64,000 bases of DNA, taken from positions 16,688-80,687 of the forward strand of contig CACZAH010000002.1 of the NCBI GenBank assembly GCA_902779035.1. Reading direction: 5' to 3'. The stretch comes from an uncultured Erysipelotrichaceae bacterium (GTDB taxonomy: Bacteria > Bacillota_I > Bacilli_A > RF39 > UBA660). The notes under the pieces were generated by a model. The model did no database searches, was not told the DNA's origin, and saw nothing but the letters and a program-made list of their open reading frames with translations. Below, piece by piece: positions 8,917 through 17,294 of the stretch (positions within the stretch are counted from its first letter, which is position 1; the number at the start of each line of letters is the position of its first letter). Made by a program: the position numbers and the translations under genes.

Positions 8917-10359
8917 TTATTTTTGATGTTTTAATTTATAAATTGATAATCCTGCACCAACAGCACCAATAAGAGTAATTACAACAAACATTGTAATATT
9001 TTTACCAGCTGTATCTGGAGTTTTTGAGTTATACATTACAACACTAGTTTCAACTTCACCAGAGTCTCCTACGTTAAACTTAATTACTTCATAACTTAAA
9101 TCATATCCTGAAGGTGCTTGAATCTCAATTAAAGTATATTCACCTTTATCAAGTTCAAGATAATGAGGTTCAGTACCTGATACCCATCTATCAATCTCTT
9201 CACCCTTAGAATTTTTAAGTACTAAAGTCGCTCCTGGTAGTTCTTTCTTAGTTGTAATGTCCTGCTTACTAATCTTTACTTTATACTTGTCTTTTAATGT
9301 GTTGTACATAGTAATCTCAGCAACTTTTCCATCGGCCTTTAACTCAAACTCAATAACTTCTTCAGTTAATTTATAACCGTCTGGAGCAATAATCTCAGTT
9401 AAAGAATATTTTCCTGGCTCTAAACCTTCAATATAATGAGCTTCATCACCAGATACCCACTTATCAACTTCATCACCATTTGAATTTTTAAGTACTAAAG
9501 TCGCTCCTGGAAGCTCTTTTTTATTTGTTAAATCTTGTTTACTAATTTTTAACTTAGTTATTTTCTTAGTAATATTTCCACTAATACTTTTATCACTAGT
9601 CTTATCTGACTTTTCAACTTCATTTATTGTACTAGCCTGATTACCGCTACCACAATCATATTTTTTGGCAATACTCATACTTTTATTTGCACTTACCTTA
9701 ACATTAACAGTAGTAGTTTCATCAACCTTAACAGATGTATTTGGCACTTTAACATAGAACTCATTTCCATTTTGTTCATATGTAGCACCTTCCGCACCAC
9801 TAACACTTATACTGTATTCATCACTACCAGATACAGTTACTTTATTAGAAATATAATTATCTCCATTTAAAGTAAAAGTTAACTCGTCTGTACTTAAACT
9901 AACACTATAATCCTTCTTAGCCGCATTATAAGCGTTAACAGCTGCATCATAATAAGATTGAATTGAATCAACAACTCTTATATTATTAACTTCATCGTGA
10001 GTTTCATAATCATATAAGAATTTATTAATAGCAAGTTCTGCATAATAATAATTTTGTGTACTAGGTGATGCATTATACTTATCAATTATTGCAGCAACTC
10101 CAGCAGCACCTGCATAACTCCATTGTTCACTACTTAATTTACAGCTTGTTCCAACACCATCAATGTTAAAAGTTGTACAGAAAACTACTCCGTTTCCATA
10201 CACTTTATGATAAAGTTCAATTCCTCCATCATAACTAATTACACTTTCCTTAGTAATACCATCAATACTATTTGGAAGTGCATTTACTCCACTTGTACCA
10301 ATTATTGATACAATTCCTATTACAAACACTAGTAATAGATACTTTATTTTGTTAAACAT
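8917..10359 (-). CDS. Secreted surface protein with two tandem SpaA/CnaB-type domains, an N-terminal domain shared with the 67-2007 protein, and the C-terminal tail TPDTAG + TM + KLKHQK
   Basis: Signal peptide; two repeats of KKELPGATLVLKNS.GxExDxWVSG.EPHY.E...YTL.EI.AP.GY; and a C-terminal sorting-signal-like architecture without LPXTG. Confidence 0.6.
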   Translation of the reverse strand: MFNKIKYLLLVFVIGIVSIIGTSGVNALPNSIDGITKESVISYDGGIELYHKVYGNGVVFCTTFNIDGVGTSCKLSSEQWSYAGAAGVAAIIDKYNASPSTQNYYYAELAINKFLYDYETHDEVNNIRVVDSIQSYYDAAVNAYNAAKKDYSVSLSTDELTFTLNGDNYISNKVTVSGSDEYSISVSGAEGATYEQNGNEFYVKVPNTSVKVDETTTVNVKVSANKSMSIAKKYDCGSGNQASTINEVEKSDKTSDKSISGNITKKITKLKISKQDLTNKKELPGATLVLKNSNGDEVDKWVSGDEAHYIEGLEPGKYSLTEIIAPDGYKLTEEVIEFELKADGKVAEITMYNTLKDKYKVKISKQDITTKKELPGATLVLKNSKGEEIDRWVSGTEPHYLELDKGEYTLIEIQAPSGYDLSYEVIKFNVGDSGEVETSVVMYNSKTPDTAGKNITMFVVITLIGAVGAGLSIYKLKHQK

Positions 10360-10400
10360 ATATTATATTCCCCCTTCGCCTTTTTCGGCTGACGGTTCAT

Positions 10401-10430
10401 ATAATATCACAATTATTTTATAATGTCAAT
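10401..10430 (-). promoter_or_regulatory. Candidate promoter for the 8917-10359 adhesin gene (TTGACA-N18-TATTAT on the minus strand)
   Basis: The hexamers were read on the reverse complement. Position relative to the start codon is appropriate. Confidence 0.35.
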
Positions 10431-10439
10431 TTGAAAAAA

Positions 10440-11321
10440 CTACTTTTTTAACACTTTTTTTAATTCCTTAACGTTTTTATCTTCCATCTTAGTTAAAGGG
10501 AGTCTAACTGAATCACTTTTAATAAGTCCAAGTTCATATAAAGCGCGTTTTACTGGTATTGGATTAACCTCACTAAATAATACTTTACTATATAAAATTG
10601 CCTTTTCATTTAATAAACTACTCTTCTTATAATCACCACTTAAATATGAATAAACTAAATTGTGCATATCTTTAGGAATTACATTTGCATCTACAGATAT
10701 TACACCAACTCCACCTAATGATAATACAGGTAATACTTGATCATCATTACCCGAGTATATATCCATATCTATATTATTCTTTCCTTTTAGATAAGCAAGT
10801 CGCGCTACCTGTGATATATTACCACTAGCTTCCTTAATACCTATAACATTCTTATTATTCTTTACAATATCTATTGCAGTATCAGGTTCTATATTTACAC
10901 CAGTTCTACTTGGTACATTATACATAAGAATTGGTATAGATACATTATCACTAATCATTTTATAATGCTCCTTCAAACCATTTTGTGTACATTTATTATA
11001 GTAAGGAGTAACAACTAGTAATCCATCTACCCCAATACTTTCTGCAGTTTGTGACAGTTTAACCGCACTCTTAGTACAATTAGAACCAGTTCCAGCAATA
11101 ACACATACCCTACCATCAACATACTCAACACACTTCTTAATACACTCAATCTGTTCATCATAAGATAAAGTTGATGCTTCCCCAGTAGTTCCACATACAA
11201 CAATAGCATCAGTACCATTACTAATCTCATAATCAATTAATTTATACATTGATTCATAATCAATCATATCATTATAAAAAGGCGTAACAAGTGCAACACC
11301 AGAACCCTTAAACAACGACAT
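10440..11321 (-). CDS. dapA: Dihydrodipicolinate synthase / N-acetylneuraminate lyase family (DapA-like) aldolase
   Basis: N-terminal GVALVTPF, a GTTGE motif, and overall DHDPS-family length and pattern. RBS GAGGTGGTG. Confidence 0.7.
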   Translation of the reverse strand: MSLFKGSGVALVTPFYNDMIDYESMYKLIDYEISNGTDAIVVCGTTGEASTLSYDEQIECIKKCVEYVDGRVCVIAGTGSNCTKSAVKLSQTAESIGVDGLLVVTPYYNKCTQNGLKEHYKMISDNVSIPILMYNVPSRTGVNIEPDTAIDIVKNNKNVIGIKEASGNISQVARLAYLKGKNNIDMDIYSGNDDQVLPVLSLGGVGVISVDANVIPKDMHNLVYSYLSGDYKKSSLLNEKAILYSKVLFSEVNPIPVKRALYELGLIKSDSVRLPLTKMEDKNVKELKKVLKK

Positions 11322-11367
11322 AACACCACCTCAATATATTTTATGAACAAAACTTTTTTATGCATCA

Positions 11368-11398
11368 AAAAACTTGTGTATTAATCTGTTACACAAGC
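11368..11398 (-). repeat. 31-bp perfect direct repeat copy A (AAAAACTTGTGTATTAATCTGTTACACAAGC). It contains the terminator hairpin CTTGTGTA-N9-TACACAAG downstream of yafQ
   Basis: Identical to 12111-12141. On the minus strand the hairpin is followed by TTTTGATGC. Confidence 0.8.
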
Positions 11399-11418
11399 TT
11401 TAATAACACATAATAATT

Positions 11419-11703
11419 CTAAAATACATCACTATGACTACCAGTATTAACTAATAATAAAATTAGTTCATTATCCAAATATTTATATATTAATAGCCAA
11501 TCAGGTTCAATATGACAATCACGACATCCTTTATATTTTTTGTCATCATATAATGTATGATCTCTATTCTTTATTTCTAATTGCTCTTTTATTGCCAATT
11601 TTTCTATAACTAAATCAAGCTTACTTAAATCTTTTCCATGCTTTAGCATCTTCTTTAAACTTTTCTTAAATTGATTAGAATAAATAACTTCATATTTAAT
11701 CAT
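11419..11703 (-). CDS. yafQ: Type II toxin YafQ (RelE/ParE superfamily mRNA interferase)
   Basis: KYKGCRDCHIEPDWLLIYKY...LLLVNTGSHSDVF aligns with E. coli YafQ (WKGYRDAHVEPDWILIYK...RTGTHAALF). Confidence 0.85.
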   Translation of the reverse strand: MIKYEVIYSNQFKKSLKKMLKHGKDLSKLDLVIEKLAIKEQLEIKNRDHTLYDDKKYKGCRDCHIEPDWLLIYKYLDNELILLLVNTGSHSDVF

Positions 11704-11704
11704 A

Positions 11705-11983
11705 TTACATAAGTTCCTTTTTAAGTTCTTCCCAATTGTTATTCTTTTTATATTCTTCTAGATGTGTCTCAATATAATCAAGTTCTTCTAATGCTGCTTT
11801 CATATCATTACTCATTTGTGGTTCTCTAACTTCAAAAGGAATACCACCTCTCATAATTACTTGTTTTATGGTCATATTAATTAAACCACTCATGGTAACT
11901 CCTAATCTTTGTAGTATTTCTGTTGCTTTTTCTTTATCTTTAGCATCTACTTGTACATTTATAGGAGCAGTTAAACTTGCCAT
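11705..11983 (-). CDS. dinJ: DinJ/RelB-family antitoxin (RHH)
   Basis: PINVQVDAKDKEKATEILQRLGVTMSGLINMTIKQV..GGIPFEVREP aligns with E. coli DinJ. The stop is 1 nt before the yafQ start. The start was chosen at the internal ATG (MASLTAP...). Confidence 0.8.
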   Translation of the reverse strand: MASLTAPINVQVDAKDKEKATEILQRLGVTMSGLINMTIKQVIMRGGIPFEVREPQMSNDMKAALEELDYIETHLEEYKKNNNWEELKKELM

Positions 11984-12110
11984 AATGCCATCTCCTTTCA
12001 ATCTAATAATAACATATTTTATATAATTTTTCAAGTATTTTTGTATAAAATCACTACATCTATAATAATATTATATGTATATTTTCAACTAATTATTCAA
12101 TAATTATAAT

Positions 12111-12141
12111 AAAAACTTGTGTATTAATCTGTTACACAAGC
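12111..12141 (-). repeat. 31-bp perfect direct repeat copy B (same hairpin), overlapping the 3' end of the LCP gene
   Basis: Identical to 11368-11398. On the minus strand the hairpin is followed by TTTTTATTAT. Confidence 0.8.
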
Positions 12142-13998
12142 CTTTATAGATGCATCATAGCTATAATTATCAGGACAACATACCATGCCTAATTTTTCAT
12201 AATGATAATTAGTTTCACACACAGGTTTCTTCTCATAATTTGCTTTAGTACATTTGCCATTATTCATTTTATAATCTTTAGGACATGTTAAGTCTACACT
12301 ACAAGTCTCTATTCCATCTTCATCTGTTTCAAGTTCACCTGTACAAATAGCCTCTTCAATATCAACATCATCTGTTTCTATTAAACACATGCCATCTTCC
12401 TGATTCTTACAAGCTGGATACATATAATCTTTAATATCTTTCTTTTGTTTTATTTCTTCTTTAGTAGTATTGGTCTCTTCTTTCTTTTCTTCTTTTGTTT
12501 CAGTCTCTTCTTTAGAACTATAATTATTAGTTGCAGTAGTAGCCGGTCCATCATATGTATATGTTGGCTCTAACTTCTTGCCATTAATAACATCATTAAT
12601 TAGATTATGTGCTTGTTCAATAGAACCTAATTTGGGTTCAAATACGAATAGTTTCATATTTCCACCACTATAAGTATAGTTATTACTATTAACTCCATCT
12701 AAGTTATATGTAGATATATTCCAAGTAGACATATCATTTAATTGCATCTTTAATAATGATGTAATCTTATTAGAACTCATATTAGTTTGGAATTTTCCTT
12801 TTAAAGAATTTAATAATGAATCATATTTAGTAATAATACTCTTACTACAAACTTTCTTGATTAATGCAGCTATTACTGCTTGTTGATCTTTACCACGTTG
12901 TATATCTCCTGCTTGAAAAGCCTTACGTTCTCTTGCAAAAGCTAAAGCCTGCTCTCCATTCATATTATTATTTCCCTCAGTAAAATGTACGCCATCTATT
13001 GATGTAAATGTATAATCAGAATATACTGTAATTCCACCTAACGCATTAACTATATCAATTAATGATGTAAAGTTAACTTTTACATAATAGTTAATCTCTA
13101 TATCAAGCAAATCTTCAATAGTTGCGATAGACATATCAACTCCATATATTCCAGCATGAGTTAATTTATCTTTAATACCTGTTGTACCGTGTAACTGGAC
13201 ATAATAATCTCTTGGAATACTTGTAAGTAATACTTGTTTAGTTTTAGGGTTAACTGTCGCAACTATATTTACATCACTTCTTGATACTGACGAAATCTCA
13301 CCATAAGTATCTATTCCAGTTATATAGATATTAAATGGTTTTCTTGTTACATTAACATCTTTTGCCTTAGTATTAGATTTAATCTTAATAACAAATTTAT
13401 AAATTACTTTTGTCTTATTATTAAATTCAGGGTCATCTTCATTAACCATTGATAATACTGAATCTTCTAACATAATAACTTTTTCTTCATTATTTAATAA
13501 TTTACTTGCCATCTCATTTGCATCATCATAATCTTTAAAATTAACATCAACGTTTTTAAGAACTTTCCTATTTGCATCTTTAGCTCCTTTAGAATTAGAG
13601 TAATATGCAACATTTAAATCCTTAATATCTTTTATTTTATTATATTCACTATCCTTTACAACTATTACTGAATACGTTTCTGTCTTATAGTCAGTTGGTC
13701 CTATTTTTGCAAGGAATCCTAGTGTATTTAAAATATAATGAGCAAAAAATGCCATAACTCCTAATACTACTATTGTTAAAAAAGCAAAGAATCCACGTAC
13801 TCCTTTTCTAGCTTTCTTACGCATTAGAAATATATCAAAGAATATATTGATGAATGCAATTCCACCTAGCACTAAATATAAATACTTATCAGGAAGCAAA
13901 TTAACTTTATATATAATATATGACATGAATAAACTTGCTAGAAATAGTATTAAAGCAAGTATTTTAAATATACTCAATCTTCGTTTTCTTCTTCTCAT
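12124..13998 (-). CDS. LytR-CpsA-Psr (LCP) family glycopolymer transferase with an N-terminal TM anchor and an unusual Cys-rich acidic C-terminal extension
   Basis: The LCP core LLTSIPRDYYVQL...GIYGVDMSIATIEDLLDIEINYYVKVNF..LIDIVNALGGITV is present. The C-terminal ~110 aa carries 14 Cys. Confidence 0.8.
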   Translation of the reverse strand: MRRRKRRLSIFKILALILFLASLFMSYIIYKVNLLPDKYLYLVLGGIAFINIFFDIFLMRKKARKGVRGFFAFLTIVVLGVMAFFAHYILNTLGFLAKIGPTDYKTETYSVIVVKDSEYNKIKDIKDLNVAYYSNSKGAKDANRKVLKNVDVNFKDYDDANEMASKLLNNEEKVIMLEDSVLSMVNEDDPEFNNKTKVIYKFVIKIKSNTKAKDVNVTRKPFNIYITGIDTYGEISSVSRSDVNIVATVNPKTKQVLLTSIPRDYYVQLHGTTGIKDKLTHAGIYGVDMSIATIEDLLDIEINYYVKVNFTSLIDIVNALGGITVYSDYTFTSIDGVHFTEGNNNMNGEQALAFARERKAFQAGDIQRGKDQQAVIAALIKKVCSKSIITKYDSLLNSLKGKFQTNMSSNKITSLLKMQLNDMSTWNISTYNLDGVNSNNYTYSGGNMKLFVFEPKLGSIEQAHNLINDVINGKKLEPTYTYDGPATTATNNYSSKEETETKEEKKEETNTTKEEIKQKKDIKDYMYPACKNQEDGMCLIETDDVDIEEAICTGELETDEDGIETCSVDLTCPKDYKMNNGKCTKANYEKKPVCETNYHYEKLGMVCCPDNYSYDASIKACVTD

Positions 13999-14061
13999 AA
14001 TATCACGCTACCTATTTTTTCAATTATAACAAAATATATTGTTTGTGTAAATTAGATTCAC

Positions 14062-15192
14062 TTAAATTTCATTTATAATTCTTTTATACTCTAAATTGAA
14101 ATAATCATCAGTCATACCAGCAATAAAATCTATCACAATTCTTTTAGATGTATTTTCTTTATATATTTCATCTTTATAATTAAGATATACTTTAAATATT
14201 GGAGAATCTAAATTACTATTCTCTATATCATTTACATACGTATTAAATAATAATCTAAACATATCTTCATATATATCTAAATCTTCTTTAGTATTAGCTT
14301 TAAGATATATATATTTATAATTAAAATCTTTAAGTTCTTTAATCGCATTATAAACATTATCAGATATCTTTATATAGTTTTTATTATAACTATTTTTAAT
14401 AATATCCATAACAATAGTATTTACAATCTCACGGTTATTATTACCAAGTACATTTGTAATAGTATCTGGCACATCTTTTTTATCAATGATACCAACTCTA
14501 ATTGCATCTTCAATATCTCTACCCAAATATCCAATTAAGTCACTAACTCTAACTACACACCCTTCAAGAGTCATAGGTCGCATTTTTTTAATGATATTCT
14601 TATCTTTATAACTATTAATGTATTCCTCTAAAAACTCATCTACAGTTTTTTCTCTAGGTTCATAAATTCCAAGTGCAACCTCACCATTATGACACATTAT
14701 TGCATCTAGCACTTGAACAGTTATATTTCTACCAAGTCCCTTATTTTCAATACTCATAAGCGTTCTTACACTCTGAATATTATGATTAAAATAACCTTCA
14801 TTATTTTCTAGACTTATCTTATTTAGTATTGCTTCTCCTACATGACCTATTGGTGTATGACCTAAATCATGCCCTAATGCGGCAGCTTCTATCAAATCTT
14901 CATTTAAGTTTAAAGCTCTACCTATAGTTCTAGCAATCTTACTTACTAATTGAACATGAATTATTCTTTTACTAATATTAGTATTATCATTATTAGAAAA
15001 CACTTGTGTCTTATCTAAATATCTTGTATATGATAGAGAATAGATTATTCTATCAGTATCTCTAAAGAAAGGAGTTCTGAAATCAGCATCTTCATTATGT
15101 AATCTAATTGCTTTACTATCAGGGCATGCATAAATAGAAAGTTTATCTTGAAACTTAATCATATTATCTTTATAATTCACAAAACCACCCAC
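14062..15192 (-). CDS. HD-domain dGTP triphosphohydrolase-like protein
   Basis: The HD motif GHDLGHTPIGH is present, and the overall pattern matches Dgt-like short dGTPases. Confidence 0.65.
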   Translation of the reverse strand: MGGFVNYKDNMIKFQDKLSIYACPDSKAIRLHNEDADFRTPFFRDTDRIIYSLSYTRYLDKTQVFSNNDNTNISKRIIHVQLVSKIARTIGRALNLNEDLIEAAALGHDLGHTPIGHVGEAILNKISLENNEGYFNHNIQSVRTLMSIENKGLGRNITVQVLDAIMCHNGEVALGIYEPREKTVDEFLEEYINSYKDKNIIKKMRPMTLEGCVVRVSDLIGYLGRDIEDAIRVGIIDKKDVPDTITNVLGNNNREIVNTIVMDIIKNSYNKNYIKISDNVYNAIKELKDFNYKYIYLKANTKEDLDIYEDMFRLLFNTYVNDIENSNLDSPIFKVYLNYKDEIYKENTSKRIVIDFIAGMTDDYFNLEYKRIINEI

Positions 15193-15202
15193 CTAATAAT
15201 TA

Positions 15203-16165
15203 TTATCTTGTTATTTTAGTTCCGTATTCAACTTTATTTTCTAATTCACAAGTATCTAATCCTACAGTATATTTATCTCCATCTATCATAAATATTGCCT
15301 TATTACTAGGGCAAAATCTAAGTACGTGCTCTAAATATTTACCATCACCATAAGCAGATTCAGCCCAACCAGGTAAATACATATCAGGATTATTATGTAT
15401 GTTTTCTATCTCAGTAATCCATGATGTATCACTATAATCTTGCATAACTGCTTTTGCATTATCACCATACAATTTAGCCATCATCATATCTATCATACCT
15501 TGACCATAGTTATGTGACTGAATAGCAAGAAATACATTGCCATAATTTTCTTTTAATTTGTTTTGAAACATCATACAACCTATTTTTATGTTTGTCTCTA
15601 AATCACATGCAGCATCCATTGTAACATATTCAGTATCCCATTCATTAGTATCATAGTTATATGCAGTAACTGCCTCTCCACTAGGACTTTCTAGTTGCAT
15701 TAAACCAACTCCATAACCTGAATACCATTCACCACCAGGTATACAAGCATTATGATTAAGACTTGTTTCCTGCATTGCGATAGCAGCCATAATATTAGGA
15801 TCAACACCATATTGTTTAGCATACTTATAAATGAGTTGTCCTTCTGGTGAAAAAAGATAATCAACAACAACCTTTTTATCGGGACTACTTCCCACATTAA
15901 AAGGGTCTAAAGCTTTATTCTCATTATCTATACTTACATCATTATTCTGTGTTGTATAATTTGCATCATCATTACTTACTGTTGAAACTTGAACATCATT
16001 ATTAGTTGGTTCATTTTCTGCTTTTGCAACACTAAGTGAAATTAAATAACCCTCTGCAATAAATAGTATTCCTAAAGCTAAAGCCAATCTACGTTTTTTA
16101 CATTTCTTAGTTTCTCTTATTTTTTTATTATTATATTTATTATCTCTATAAACTTTTCCGTTCAC
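15203..16165 (-). CDS. Lytic transglycosylase (SLT domain), membrane anchored
   Basis: N-terminal TM. SLT signatures AIAMQETSLNHNA (catalytic Glu), GVGLMQL and HNYGQG. Confidence 0.7.
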   Translation of the reverse strand: MNGKVYRDNKYNNKKIRETKKCKKRRLALALGILFIAEGYLISLSVAKAENEPTNNDVQVSTVSNDDANYTTQNNDVSIDNENKALDPFNVGSSPDKKVVVDYLFSPEGQLIYKYAKQYGVDPNIMAAIAMQETSLNHNACIPGGEWYSGYGVGLMQLESPSGEAVTAYNYDTNEWDTEYVTMDAACDLETNIKIGCMMFQNKLKENYGNVFLAIQSHNYGQGMIDMMMAKLYGDNAKAVMQDYSDTSWITEIENIHNNPDMYLPGWAESAYGDGKYLEHVLRFCPSNKAIFMIDGDKYTVGLDTCELENKVEYGTKITR

Positions 16166-16166
16166 A

Positions 16167-17198
16167 CTAACACTCCTTCTTTAACGCATGTAAATATTCA
16201 ATAGTAGTTTTCTTTTCTACTTCTTTATTCTTACTTGCTTTATATCTTTTATGATTACACTCATATCTTTTATAAATACCATATTTTTTCATTATATCTT
16301 CTATCTCTTTAAAACTCATAATACCTTCATCATTGTAACTTAAGAATATATATTTAAACTTTGCATTCTTAATTAAATCTTCAAACTCACGAGCTACCTC
16401 ATTCTTTTTATTATATTTAGATTTAAATTGTTCAATTCTAGTTCCGGCTTTACCACTAATCTCGGGATAATCAGAGTAAGCAATAGTTTCTAATATATGA
16501 TAATTAGTTGCATACTTTCTTGAATTATAAGGTGGATCTAAGTATAGTATATCACCTTTAATCTCTTTAATAAGTTCATTTGAGTCTTCAATATATACCT
16601 TACATTTACTATCTTTATTAATAACTATATCTATAGGTTTTAATTCCATAGTTTTCTCAGCAGACTTCTTCATACTCTTTAGGAATGCTTCATATACTGA
16701 TGCAGTATTGGCTACTTTATCAGCTGCCTCTAGTAAACAAGTAAGTAAATAATAATACTCATTCTTAGTAATAACTTCTTTCTTATACCACTTCTCTATA
16801 CAATCTCTAATAGAATCTATTTTAATTGCATTCTCGCTACTATAGTAGCACCTTTCATACTTACTACCAAGAGTACCTTCTAATGTATAATTATTGTATA
16901 TAAATCCATGATAATTATTAAGTTTATTTAAATAGATAAACGGATCACTTATACCAATTAATTTTAATCCAGAAAAACTAGGTATGCTATTATTCTCTAA
17001 GTAATGCTTATTCATTACATAACTATAAAACTGTGTATCATTTGCAAGAATATCAAAACCTAATGATTTAAACCTCTTACCAACTACACCAGTACCCGCA
17101 AATATATCACAAAATACTTTATTATCCTTACCAGCAAAATCAATAATAGATTCCTCTATAAAATCAATTATCGAATGTTTAGAACCTATATAATTCAT
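16167..17198 (-). CDS. Dam-family (MethyltransfD12) N6-adenine DNA methyltransferase; no cognate endonuclease nearby
   Basis: YIGSKHS (cf. Dam WAGGK), DIFAGTGVVG (the FxGxG AdoMet motif) and LYLDPPYN (DPPY catalytic motif), in Dam order. Confidence 0.8.
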   Translation of the reverse strand: MNYIGSKHSIIDFIEESIIDFAGKDNKVFCDIFAGTGVVGKRFKSLGFDILANDTQFYSYVMNKHYLENNSIPSFSGLKLIGISDPFIYLNKLNNYHGFIYNNYTLEGTLGSKYERCYYSSENAIKIDSIRDCIEKWYKKEVITKNEYYYLLTCLLEAADKVANTASVYEAFLKSMKKSAEKTMELKPIDIVINKDSKCKVYIEDSNELIKEIKGDILYLDPPYNSRKYATNYHILETIAYSDYPEISGKAGTRIEQFKSKYNKKNEVAREFEDLIKNAKFKYIFLSYNDEGIMSFKEIEDIMKKYGIYKRYECNHKRYKASKNKEVEKKTTIEYLHALKKEC

Positions 17199-17294
17199 AC
17201 AACCTCTCCCCTACCTGTCTGTATAAATTATACACTAAATTTATAATAATTTAAAGTATATATCAAAAAAACTGATTTCTCAGTTTTATAAAGG

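Noticed and set aside
11027-11236. 69-aa ORF inside dapA (same strand, different frame), and similar small internal ORFs (13847-14029, 15700-15897, 19500-19694, 24413-24607, 28772-29014, 33122-33304, 33592-33840, 34232-34474, 36512-36700, 38100-38330, 41197-41394, 44260-44493, 45641-45919, 57608-57862, 58134-58319, 60099-60599, 61299-61538, 62775-63042)
   Set aside because: All are embedded in or antisense to strongly supported genes (ribosomal proteins, secA, gerA, etc.) and show low-complexity composition. They are treated as frame shadows.
11322-11418. Lysine riboswitch upstream of the dapA-like gene
   Set aside because: Only ~97 nt of leader, most of it the yafQ terminator repeat. There is no room for an L-box aptamer (~180 nt) and no recognisable conserved L-box segments.
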